Shown here: positions 1 to 8,048 of the stretch, one piece after another
Position numbering within the stretch: position 1 is the first letter of the stretch
How the letters are laid out: the number at the start of each line of letters is the position of its first letter
Assembly: GCA_963749495.1 (NCBI GenBank)
Contig: CAVVMW010000021.1
Coordinates: 704,001 to 768,000 of the forward strand
Direction of reading: 5' to 3'
Source of the DNA: an uncultured bacterium
GTDB taxonomy: Bacteria; Verrucomicrobiota; Verrucomicrobiia; Limisphaerales; UBA8199
DNA length: 64,000 nucleotides
Translations under genes and position numbers: made by a program
The notes under the pieces: generated by a model
The model's database searches: none
What the model was told of the DNA's origin: nothing
The model's input: the letters and a program-made list of their open reading frames with translations, nothing else

Positions 1-35
1 TTGGCACAGCCGCATTACTGTTGAGGCACACCCGC
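1..35 (-). tRNA. 5' half of an irregular tRNA-Gly(GCC), runs off the window edge
   Basis: Minus strand GCGGGTG...GGCTGT-GCC-AA: Gly-like 5' end and GCC anticodon loop; D-arm irregular. Confidence 0.55.
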
Positions 36-60
36 AGAATTGGTGTCCCCAGCCAACCAA

Positions 61-148
61 ATGCAGAACGCAGAACGCAGAGTGCAGAATGGGGAATGAT
101 GAAGCACGCACCGGCTCATTCTTCATTCTGCATTCATCATTCTGAATT
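61..148. repeat. Heptamer-repeat hairpin (GCAGAAC/TTCTGCA type)
   Basis: Tandem gcagaac/gcagagt units facing ttcattctgcattcatcattctg; similar elements at 2790-2881, 3676-3765, 3857-3890/4299-4330 and 10173-10250. Confidence 0.7.
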
Positions 149-152
149 AAAA

Positions 153-255
153 TCGCCCCTGGCCGGTCTCTTCCACCGGCTCACACCCAGCGCTTTCCAA
201 AGTCGCAAAGGATGTGAAAGGGCTGGGCCGCTCGAGCTACTTCGTGGTCAGGCGC
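153..255 (-). ncRNA. tRNA-like RNA (possibly derived from Glu-TTC) with a ~22-nt insert in the anticodon arm
   Basis: Acceptor-like CGCCTG/CAGGGGCG, stem CCCAGC/GCTGGG enclosing CTTTCAC plus insert, T-like stem GCCGGT/ACCGGC; lies inside the tRNA array. Confidence 0.45.
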
Positions 256-261
256 TCGAAA

Positions 262-326
262 TGGCCTGCCAACCCGTAGCCGACAGGCGAAGGCTGGCCC
301 GCCAAGCCGTAGCGTTATGCGAAGGC
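262..326. repeat. REP-like palindromic repeat doublet
   Basis: gcc(a)agccgtagc...gcgaaggctgg units; related copies at 2560-2626 and 3509-3540. Confidence 0.65.
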
Positions 327-396
327 TGGTGCGCGCGTCCGGTAACGCTCCGGATCCAGGCACTCATCTAGTGCGATCCCGCTTATAAGGCGGACG

Positions 397-2438
397 TTGT
401 GCCGAGTTCTGAATAATGCCGAGTTCGGTGGAGCGATTTCTCACATCTTTAAGGGATCGCTTTCTTTTTAACTTCAGAACTCGGCATTATCCGGTTGCCG
501 CCCATACACAACAGCAATCGAAGATTCACCGTGCGAGGGGCAATTCCGAATTTCATGCGTCATTGAGGCCGATTTGATAGTTTCTTCCCTTCGGCGTCCG
601 GAACCCCCGCTCGAGCGGAATGGTGGATGACAGCCGTTACTTCTCCTTTGTCATTCTTAATGAAGGTCAATTGCGCACCATTGAGCTTGATGAAGAAATT
701 CGTTTCCGATTCCGGATAAATATCGAAGGCGCCTTGGATGGTGTTCTCGCCCCAGATTTGACATACCAACTGATCTCCTTTCCGCCAGATCGTCACTTTT
801 GCTCCGGTGGGAAACGGGGCTTTCGGCGCAAATTCGTAGTGGCCGACAATGGCATCCAGAAGTTTCGGGTCCAGCTTGATGGCCACGCGTCGTTTGACTG
901 GCTCGGGGGCTTTGGGTGGCTGATCGGAGATTTTTTGGAAAGACAATGGCTTGCCCTGGCAATCGATTGTCACTCCGGTCATCTGGCCGCGCGCGTTTCG
1001 GGAAAACACCGCCGGCCTGCCGGTCAACCGCTCGAAGAAACGGGTTTCCGACTGAGGCAGCAATTCGGCCGTGATCGGCGGCAGCAACAGCACTTCATCG
1101 GGCGATGAACCGGAGCCGATGGACTGGGCGAAAAGGCGGTCCCCCTTCCGCCAAATGCCGATGGTGTGTCCGGCCGGGTCGTTTGTCGGACGATACTGTC
1201 CCGCAGAGGAGCCCAGGATCGCGGTGCTGACGTTGGTCTCGGCCGGCCGTCGGTCCGACTGCCATTCGCTTTTCAGCAACACGTCTCCGAAATTGCGCAT
1301 CAAATCAGCCGAAGTCGACAAGATTACCACGCCGCGACGCCGCGTCTTGTCGAAACAGGCGAGCGCTCGGCAGCCGAACTCTCCTCCACCGGTATAGACG
1401 ATTTCCCCTCCCGGCGAAGCATAAGGAAAGGAAACCCGGCTTTTTTCCACGAGCGGTGTCAGCGGGGATGGCATCAAACCAAGGTTGGCCGACACGAATT
1501 TCAGCAGGTCATTGGCTGTCGAAAACAGCCCGCCAAGGGGTGCCAGAACGCCCCAATCTATACTCGGCCTCGCGTAGCCGAGTCGGTTGTGTTCCCAGGC
1601 GAGCCGGGCTTTCAGTTCGGGCGTCAGCGTGAACCGGGTGCTATTCATCTTCAATGGCTGGCAAATTCGTTCCACCACCAGCGATTCGTAGTTCGTTCCC
1701 GCCTTCAGTGCCATGGCTTGGCCCAGCAACCCCCTATCGACGCACCCATGGAGATTCTCCGTTCCCGGGTCATTGGTCAATTCACAGCCGGCTACAAAGG
1801 CATACATCTTCTCGAGGGTTAAATCAGCATAGGGATTATCCGCGCGTCTAGGGACAAGCTTGTCACGAAAATCTGGCAGCCCGGAGGCTTCCGCCACCAG
1901 GTGGCGCAAGGTGATTTCCTTGCCGTGGTAGGTCGGCATCATAACCGATTTCGGCAAATACTTTGCCACGGGATCATCCCACTCCATTTCCCCACGCTCA
2001 ACCATGTCTTGCAGCAACATGCTGGTAAATGTGCCTGTCACGGAATGGAGACCGAACACGGTGTCGCCATTCGCTTCCTGGTCGGTGCCGTTATCCAACG
2101 TTCCGCAACTGACCACCCTGCTCCCATGCTCGTCCACAATGCCAACCACGATACAGCCGTTTGGTATTTCAGCATGGACACACTGTTGCAGGTAAGCGTG
2201 GATGGCATTGGTGAAATCCTCTGCCGGGGCGGAAAGACAGCATGCCGCTGACAGCAGTGCGAGACAAATGAATCGGCCGATTCTTCGGATATCCATATGA
2301 TGTTTCAGACAGCGACACTGACAATTCGTCACGTTCATCGCCCGATAATGCCGAGGTCCGAGGTTAAAAAAGGAGCGACCTCTTAACCATGTCAGAAATC
2401 GCTCCACCGAACTCGGCATTACGCCGAGCTCGGCGTAA
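397..2438. mobile_element. Non-autonomous cassette bounded by 95-bp imperfect inverted repeats (397-491, 2344-2438)
   Basis: IRs align along their length with repeated TAATGCCG-like cores; CGGACG is duplicated at 391-396 and 2439-2444; interrupts tRNA-Ile; encodes no recombinase. Confidence 0.85.
560..2296 (-). CDS. Exported serine hydrolase (class C beta-lactamase/AmpC-like fold) with C-terminal DUF3471-like repeats
   Basis: Signal peptide; DTVFGLHSVTGTF (SxxK degenerate), DDPVAKYLP, ITLRHL, GGLFSTANDLLKF; two YEF/ESETNFF-type C-terminal domains. Confidence 0.85.
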   Translation of the reverse strand: MDIRRIGRFICLALLSAACCLSAPAEDFTNAIHAYLQQCVHAEIPNGCIVVGIVDEHGSRVVSCGTLDNGTDQEANGDTVFGLHSVTGTFTSMLLQDMVERGEMEWDDPVAKYLPKSVMMPTYHGKEITLRHLVAEASGLPDFRDKLVPRRADNPYADLTLEKMYAFVAGCELTNDPGTENLHGCVDRGLLGQAMALKAGTNYESLVVERICQPLKMNSTRFTLTPELKARLAWEHNRLGYARPSIDWGVLAPLGGLFSTANDLLKFVSANLGLMPSPLTPLVEKSRVSFPYASPGGEIVYTGGGEFGCRALACFDKTRRRGVVILSTSADLMRNFGDVLLKSEWQSDRRPAETNVSTAILGSSAGQYRPTNDPAGHTIGIWRKGDRLFAQSIGSGSSPDEVLLLPPITAELLPQSETRFFERLTGRPAVFSRNARGQMTGVTIDCQGKPLSFQKISDQPPKAPEPVKRRVAIKLDPKLLDAIVGHYEFAPKAPFPTGAKVTIWRKGDQLVCQIWGENTIQGAFDIYPESETNFFIKLNGAQLTFIKNDKGEVTAVIHHSARAGVPDAEGKKLSNRPQ

Positions 2439-2467
2439 CGGACGGTTCTCTTTGAACTACGCGCGCG

Positions 2468-2555
2468 TGGCGGAATGCCATGGACTTGCACCACTTGCCC
2501 GCAGGCACGCACTCCTTAGCACCGAGGTCCGGCTCGCTCCTCCGGTTGACATTCC
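2468..2555 (-). tRNA. tRNA-Ser(GCT), 8/4 acceptor/T-stem architecture
   Basis: GGAATGTC/GGCATTCC 8-bp acceptor, G73-CCA, GTGG/CCAT 4-bp T-stem, long variable arm, loop GT-GCT-AA. Confidence 0.8.
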
Positions 2556-2626
2556 GAAATGGCCGGCCAAGCCGCAGCTCGGAGAGCGAAAGCTGGCCCG
2601 CCACGCCGTAGCCGGCAGGCGGAGGC

Positions 2627-2701
2627 TGGTGCCCGCGGCAGGACTTGCACCTGCACTGTCGAAGGTTTGAGCTTCGCGCCTCTGCATTGGGCTACGCGGG
2701 C
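2627..2701 (-). tRNA. tRNA-Leu(CAA), short variable loop
   Basis: GCCCGCG/CGCGGGC-A-CCA, CGAAG-CTCAAAC-CTTCG, GGTGCAAGTCC T-arm. Confidence 0.85.
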
Positions 2702-2708
2702 GGCAGAA

Positions 2709-2783
2709 TGGTGCTCCCGGTCAGATTTGCACCGACACTGAACGGGGTTTAAGCCCGTTGCCTCTGCGTTGGGCTACGGGAGC
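2709..2783 (-). tRNA. tRNA-Leu(TAA), short variable loop
   Basis: GCTCCCG/CGGGAGC-A-CCA, ACGGG-CTTAAAC-CCCGT anticodon arm. Confidence 0.85.
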
Positions 2784-2884
2784 CCTTTAAATGTGGAGTG
2801 GGGAGTGCGGAGTGTAGAACGAGCGTAGCCAACGCTCGAGGGACGGAAATTCCGCAGTATGCACTCGCCACTCTGCACTTAAGA

Positions 2885-2967
2885 TGGTGCCCCGTGAAGG
2901 ATTCGCACCTTGGTGCCCGTCCGCCAGGACCCTTCCCGTTCTGAGCGGGACGCCTCTGCTGTTGGGC
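2885..2967 (-). pseudogene. tRNA-Leu(CAG) lacking the 5' acceptor strand
   Basis: TCCCG-CTCAGAA-CGGGA arm, T-arm and CCA present; 5' end replaced by unrelated DNA. Confidence 0.7.
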
Positions 2968-3299
2968 GTGGTCGTGTCTCTTTGTGCGGCGGTGGGGCGG
3001 GTATGCCGGGCCGCTGATTCAACTTCGTCCAGGACCATAGACCCGGCATCCCCCGCGCCGCACAAACTGGAATCGTAAACCGACGGGCTTCCGAGTGGTC
3101 GCCAACGGTAACTTGGCTGCGCTTGTCGTTCGTGCCTCTCGATTGGGGAAACGGGGATAATCAGGCTGGTCAGAACCGGGGGCAGGGCGCAGCTAAAGGG
3201 GCGGTTCCCGGTCGCGCCTCATTTGCCCTGGTGGTGTGGGGTGTGGAACCAGTTCCGCGAGCGGGGGACGGCGGCGCGGGGGTGGGACAGGGAAGGCAA

Positions 3300-3406
3300 A
3301 TCTGATACTGCCATCTGATACTGTTTGCCCTTTTTCCTGCATATTCGGGATGATTCAGGCGGACGGAGAAATCGCGAAACCCTTGCAAACATTGGTCGGG
3401 ATGAGG
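3300..3406. other. Remnant att-like site with a tRNA-Pro-like 3' end (3393-3406)
   Basis: ATCTGATACTG x2 (3300-3323), GAAATCGCGAAACCCTTGCAA, then TGGTCGGGATGAG; same layout as 62145-62272. Confidence 0.5.
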
Positions 3407-3438
3407 TGTGAGGACTCCTGCTGAAAGGCGTTTGTCAA

Positions 3439-3479
3439 TTTCGAGACAGGTGCAGCCAGCTTATATCTGCCTGCCTTCC
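3439..3479 (-). pseudogene. 5' half of tRNA-Ser(CGA)
   Basis: GGAAGGC...CCTGT-CT-CGA-AA; 3' half missing. Confidence 0.6.
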
Positions 3480-3485
3480 ACAAAG

Positions 3486-3592
3486 TGGCTGCCAGGGTTG
3501 GACTCGCACCCGCCGTCGCTCGGAGCTATGGCGGGGCAGGCCAACACCTCGCGGCTTAACAGGCCGCCGTGCGACTTTGACACCACCTGGCA
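3486..3592 (-). tRNA. tRNA-Asn(GTT) with a 32-bp REP-like insertion in the T-arm (3509-3540)
   Basis: TGCCAGG/CCTGGCA-G-CCA, GCGGC-CTGTTAA-GCCGC; T-arm GTTGG[insert]TGCGAGTCCAAC. Confidence 0.8.
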
Positions 3593-3593
3593 A

Positions 3594-3670
3594 TGGCGCT
3601 GCCGGCAGGATTTGCACCCGCATGGGTTCGTTTAGAAGACGAATGCCTGGTCTGTTTCGGCCACGGCAGC
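3594..3670 (-). tRNA. tRNA-Arg(TCT)
   Basis: GCTGCCG/CGGCAGC-G-CCA, TTCGT-CTTCTAA-ACGAA. Confidence 0.85.
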
Positions 3671-3781
3671 TTTTGAATGCGGAATTCGGAGTGCGGAGTG
3701 CGGAATGGAGACTGTGCGCGGGCGCACGGTTACTTCGCACTCCGCATTTTGCACTTTGCACTCTTGATTTTTCATTCGGAT

Positions 3782-3852
3782 CAAGCCGCCCTGGTGCTGC
3801 CCCAGGCAAGCTGGGTTTTGGAGACTCGGCTGCACAGGCTGGTGCGCGACTT
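3782..3852 (-). tRNA. Irregular tRNA-Trp(CCA), no encoded CCA
   Basis: AAGTCGC/GCGGCTT acceptor, loop CT-CCA-AA, CCTGG/CCAGG T-stem with atypical loop. Confidence 0.65.
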
Positions 3853-3898
3853 ATTTGAGTGGAGAATTTGGAGTGCAAAGTGCAGAATGCGCGAGCGT

Positions 3899-4264
3899 AT
3901 GAAACATCAGAACCTCCAAATCCGCACAAAGCACTTCGCCCTCCAGGTTATCAAGTTTTGCCAGGGGCTTCCCAACGCCGACACGAGCAGAATTCTCGGC
4001 CGACAACTGCTCCGGTCAGGAACCTCAGTCGGAGCCAATTACCGCGCCGCGTGCCGCGCAAAGTCGAAGCCCGCGTTTATCTCCAAGATGGGCGATGTCC
4101 TCGAAGAAGCGGACGAGTCTGGATATTGGGTCGAGCTTCTGTCCGAATCCGGGAAAATGGATGAGAAAACGGCCGCGCCGGTCTTGAGAGAGGCGAACGA
4201 GTTGGTCGCCATTTCCATTTCGTCTATCAACACCGCGAAGCGAAACTCAGGAGCGGAAGAATGA
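3899..4264 (+). CDS. Four-helix-bundle protein (23S rRNA IVP / bAvd-like family)
   Basis: RQLLRSGTSVGANYRAACRAKS...LEEADESGYWVELL family signature. Confidence 0.93.
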   Translation: MKHQNLQIRTKHFALQVIKFCQGLPNADTSRILGRQLLRSGTSVGANYRAACRAKSKPAFISKMGDVLEEADESGYWVELLSESGKMDEKTAAPVLREANELVAISISSINTAKRNSGAEE

Positions 4265-4354
4265 TCGCAATCGAGGGGAAGAATGTGGGCTGGGAGGTAT
4301 TCTGCATTAGGCACTCTGCACTCTGCATTTAGTCCTCCCGGCCCCCATGCCATT

Positions 4355-4367
4355 TCAACAAAGAACA
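4355..4367 (-). promoter_or_regulatory. Possible boxA-like antitermination site upstream of the tRNA array
   Basis: TGTTCTTTGTTGA resembles rrn boxA GCTCTTT(A/G)ACA; preceded by small hairpins. Confidence 0.35.
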
Positions 4368-4650
4368 AACACCTCTTGCTATCTTGCGATACCAACCCAC
4401 GGTTTCACGGTGGTCCTTTCGGTGTTTTGGGGCACACCTCCTGCGAAGCCCTTAGATTGTAAAATCCGGCTTAACTCGCTCGGCGCGCTTTTTGGCGACC
4501 TGCGGGCAGAGCCCACCGGCGGAGAACCTCGGCTCTCCCGCGGCTCATGTTGTTTTGTGCCAGGTGACATCATCAAGACGTCGTCATTTGTCTGTTCACA
4601 GTGCTTTGCCTTTCGTTGTCGAGTGTTGCTGCTTCAGTCCTGCATGGGTA

Positions 4651-4686
4651 AACAAAAAACCCTGCTTCCATTCCGGTAAGCAGGGT
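4651..4686 (-). terminator. Intrinsic terminator (attenuator) upstream of the tRNA array
   Basis: ACCCTGCTT(A)CC-GGAAT-GGAAGCAGGGT followed by TTTTTGTT. Confidence 0.8.
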
Positions 4687-4709
4687 CTAGAAATCCTATG
4701 ATGTTTCGT

Positions 4710-4880
4710 TTACCTGCTCACCTTGAGCCTATCCCAATTGGCTTCGGGCTTTTGGCCGCAATATGCCCTGGATAGGCCGAGGCTGAACAAATGGCTCCGG
4801 CTTGGCTCGCTCCGACGTGTCGCTTTCGCGACCAACGTCGTCGGCCAAATCGAGACTGATATGCTCATGCAGGTTTTCAT
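4710..4880 (-). CDS. Putative 56-aa leader peptide MKTCMSISVSIWPTTL...DRLKVSR
   Basis: Open frame ending 23 nt before the terminator; last codons GGTGAGCAGG are complementary to the terminator 5' arm CCTGCTTACC. Confidence 0.55.
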   Translation of the reverse strand: MKTCMSISVSIWPTTLVAKATRRSEPSRSHLFSLGLSRAYCGQKPEANWDRLKVSR

Positions 4881-4894
4881 CGAACGCACGTAAA

Positions 4895-4922
4895 ACTATC
4901 ACACAACGCCTAATCTTGTCCA
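4895..4922 (-). promoter_or_regulatory. Putative sigma70 promoter of the leader/tRNA operon
   Basis: TGGACA-N16-GATAGT with an extended -10 TG. Confidence 0.4.
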
Positions 4923-5168
4923 CTTATATTTTTAGGGGTGCGCATATCTTAAATTCAAATATCTGGATTTGATGATACGTTCCCGCGCCTGTTCCTCGGA
5001 ATAAGAGTGCGGGAAGGAGATGTAGTATCGGCGATCTCACGCCTGCCGAGGTGCGCTGGGAGTAATTGCCCTGGCGGTCGCCGCTGGTGCATTCGTTTGC
5101 GGCAAATCCCTGCCCTATCGAATCGGCCGGAGTCATTACCCGTAGGGCTTCGTCATGGAGCCTGAATC

Positions 5169-5567
5169 GTGCTGTGCCCGGGGTTGCCGGAGGAGACGGC
5201 CTCGGGGGACAGGTTGACCCTGAAGAGCGCGCCATCTCTTGCTGCCAGATACGTGAAAGTCGGCCGCTTATTCCGGCTTGATCTCGTCCAGGTCAACAGC
5301 TCGATGGAACACTCCGGAGCCGTGATCCCGTTTATTCACAGCGATGCAGCGACTGACAATTCCGATTTCATCGCCTACTTTGCCGGCATGCTGGAGTTTC
5401 GCCTTGAACACGAGCCCCAGGAATTGGTGCCGGTGGCCGGCCAACTCGCGGCCCTTTGCGCCTACGTCACCGAGCACTGGGCGAGCTTCCAAAAGGGTGC
5501 CGAGTTCTACGGTAATGTTTGGGATCGCTTCGAGTCGCTTCGCGACGCCTTCTCGAGGCTGACGTAG
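5169..5567 (+). CDS. Hypothetical protein (possibly 5'-truncated)
   Basis: Protein-like 132-aa ORF, no recognised motif. Confidence 0.4.
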   Translation: MLCPGLPEETASGDRLTLKSAPSLAARYVKVGRLFRLDLVQVNSSMEHSGAVIPFIHSDAATDNSDFIAYFAGMLEFRLEHEPQELVPVAGQLAALCAYVTEHWASFQKGAEFYGNVWDRFESLRDAFSRLT

Positions 5568-5754
5568 AGGTAATGCTCTTCCTTCCTTCACCCTGTCTGT
5601 TGATGGCCGTCGCCGCCGCCGCAGGTCATCTATGACCCCTCTCGACAACGCGACTTTATTGGACGCCGCGCCGATAGCGGTCTGCCGCAGAGCGACAACT
5701 AACAGCCCCCTTTCAGCTTCCGTTGAGGCCGTGGCCAAACTACACTCCACACCG

Positions 5755-6450
5755 ATGGCCCTGACCAACCCAGTTGAAACGAGCAAGCAGTTGGATGGTA
5801 AAGTCGCCTTTGTGACGGGAGCCAGCCGCAACGGCTTCCATTGGAGCCGGCCGGATCGGCGGGCGTTCTGCCCGGTCTCGGAGACTCCGGGCACGTGGAA
5901 CTACGCCAATGTCCAGTCGGCGGCGGGCGGCTGCCTGGTGATGGGCGACCGGCTCTACTTCTACGTGAGCGCGCGCGGCGCCGGGCAGGTCACGGGCCTG
6001 GCCACCCTGCGGCGCAACGGCTTCGCCTCGGTGGACGCCGATGAGGCCGGCGGCACGCTCAAGACCCGGCTCGTCACTTTCAAGGGCCGCTATCCGTTTG
6101 TGAACGTGGAGGCTCCGCAAGGCGAGCTGCGGGCCGAAATCCTGGACGAGCAGGACCGAGCGATAGCGCCGTTCACCAAGGAGAACTGCGTGCCCGTCAA
6201 GACCGACTCGACAATGGCCCCGCTGCATTGGAACGGCGCCGGGGACCTGGGCGCTCTCGCCGGGAAGAACGTCCGCTTCCAATTCCACCTCAGGAACGGC
6301 AGGCTTCACTCGTTTTGGGTCAGCTCCGATAGGAGTGGCGCCAGCTACGGCTACGTTGCCGCCGGAGGCCCCGGCTTCACGAGCAATCGAGACACGGCAG
6401 GGCGCCCAAACGCGTATTATGCTGGCGCCGCGTCATGGCAAAATCACTGA
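5755..6450 (+). pseudogene. Chimera: SDR N-terminus fused in frame to the C-terminal part of a GH32/GH43-like beta-propeller glycosidase
   Basis: LDGKVAFVTGASR joined directly to NGFHWSRPDRR...GLATLRRNGFAS...LHSFWVS. Confidence 0.7.
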
Positions 6451-6785
6451 TGTCAAAATCAGGCTGTCCTGGATCCAGGTTACGGCTTCCCCAGGAGGCC
6501 ACCCGGATTCTATCCCTCAGAAGGATTCGTTCTGGCGCCCCCGCCCAGGGCATCTATCGGATTGATTTTCCAACTGCAAATTGCGATGATTTCGCCGATG
6601 TCCTCGTTGGAAACAGATTTCGGGGCTCTTGAAGAGGACCCCTTGGCCACGCCGGTGCGGGGCAGCGCCCGCGGCTGCGGCATGGAGTGTTTCGCGAATC
6701 GTCGCGGCTTCGCTTTGGGCCGGATCTCCGACGGCACCCACTTCCACGCAGAGGCCAGCGTCCCCTTCGGCATTCGAGTCCCTTT

Positions 6786-7230
6786 ATGAATACACCACCT
6801 TCGTCCCAGCAACCGGAACCCCAGACTCTGCCTGCAGATCCCCTTCGGGAGGGTGCCAAAATAGATTGCATCGTGATTGGCAGGACCGCGAGAACTCTGA
6901 TGGGCAAACACCGCATTTTGCCGAGCATGTGGAGGCTGCCCCAGGAAGAATCCGAACGGGTTCTCAAGGCTAGCGTCTTCTTGACGGTAGTCCTCTCGTT
7001 GAGCTTTGTTCTTTCCCTCAGTTCAACCGGCTGCCGCTCGTTTCTGCGCGATCAGGCGATGAAGGACTACACCGTGAAAATCAAACCTACGGGCGGCGTC
7101 ACGGCGCCCAATCGGTATCAGGAGGATTTTCTGTATCTCAAAGCACTGGGCGAGGAGGTGTTTCCGTTGGAGGACCGTTATTTTCCTCCGGACAAACGCG
7201 CGGGCATGGAACAGGAAATCCTCGGAAAAC
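6786..7230 (+). pseudogene. 5' fragment of a lipoprotein-like gene
   Basis: TM/lipobox LSSTGC then RYQEDFLYL; collides with a minus-strand gene fragment at ~7230. Confidence 0.45.
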
Positions 7231-7234
7231 CGTG

Positions 7235-7806
7235 TAACTGCCTTCGAGGGCGGTCTGCTCGACTGAGACAATCGCGTTACGCACCGGCTTCCGGTCCGGT
7301 CCAATAACGCAGCCGAGAAGCACCTGGTTGGGCGGCGGATTCGTGGCCGCCCTGGGGTCGAGCCAGGCTTTCAGCGGCCCGAGCTGTGGATCGACCCGGT
7401 TGAAGCGGGCCGCTTCGAACCCCTTGGCCACGACGAGCACCTCGAACTCGAGCGCGGCATCGACCGATCCGATCTTGAGATCACCCAGAGCGTCCGCCAT
7501 GGCGCTCTTGCGGCAATCCGCATAGCAGGAGGGTCAGAGAAATCCCGGTCCTGAGCGAGGCCGGGCCGTGAGGATGAAAACCGAGGCGTTGGTTACGGGC
7601 TTCCCTTCGACCGACAGCACGGTTCCCACCAGGTCCAGCGCGGCGGCGTTCGCGGCGCCCGGAGCGATGCCTTGGCTTGGGGTCTTGGCCGAGCGAGAGT
7701 GAAAGGCCGAGTAAAGGCCGAAGACCACGATCATGGCCATGGCTGCGACGGCGGAGAGCACCCAGTGCCTGCGATGGGGTCTCACGTTGTCAACGGGCTC
7801 AGGCAT
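7235..7806 (-). pseudogene. 3'-truncated paralog of the putative selenoprotein (in-frame TGA at 7534-7536)
   Basis: TARPRSGPGFL-TGA-PSCYADCRKS; similarity to 43519-45807 continues on both sides of the TGA. Confidence 0.8.
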
Positions 7807-7859
7807 CGTATGAAGGAAAATCCCCTTGGACCGAAATGGTTGCTTCGAGAAAGCCGTGT

Positions 7860-8013
7860 GAGTGGTGACCATGCAATGGACGGGCCGGCGATGCTGAATT
7901 TCTGGGGCGCCGGCGCTCTGCCGTGGTTCATCCCCACCGACCCATCCGACCGCGTTGTCGCCGAGGGCTTTGCGCTGGAGGAACTGGAGGCCAAACTCAA
8001 AGCCAACGGATGA
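7860..8013 (+). pseudogene. C-terminal fragment of a TlpA/redoxin-like domain
   Basis: LPWFIPTDPSDRVVAEGFALEELEAKLK resembles the C-terminus of 33759-36983. Confidence 0.6.
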
Positions 8014-8048
8014 GCCGGAGGAACCCTGCTCATACGGGTTGATTGGAG

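Larger units (their letters stand above)
327..2466 (-). tRNA. tRNA-Ile(UAU)-like gene with long variable arm, split by a 2-kb insertion (pieces 327-396 and 2439-2466)
   Basis: Rejoined: GCGCGCG/CGCGCGC-A-CCA acceptor, GTTC/GAAC D-stem, TCCGC-CTTATAA-GCGGG anticodon arm, GCACT/AGTGC variable arm, TCCGG/CCGGA T-stem. Confidence 0.8.

Noticed and set aside
41..58. tRNA starting TGGTGTCCCCAGCC
   Set aside because: Only ~15 nt of a 3' end; identity cannot be assigned
153..255. tRNA-Sec (selC) serving the UGA genes
   Set aside because: TTCA is present but not in a 7-nt anticodon loop, and there is no long variable arm or SelC-type acceptor
3899..4264. Diversity-generating retroelement suggested by the Avd-like gene
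   Set aside because: No reverse transcriptase and no TR/VR pair with adenine-specific mismatches seen
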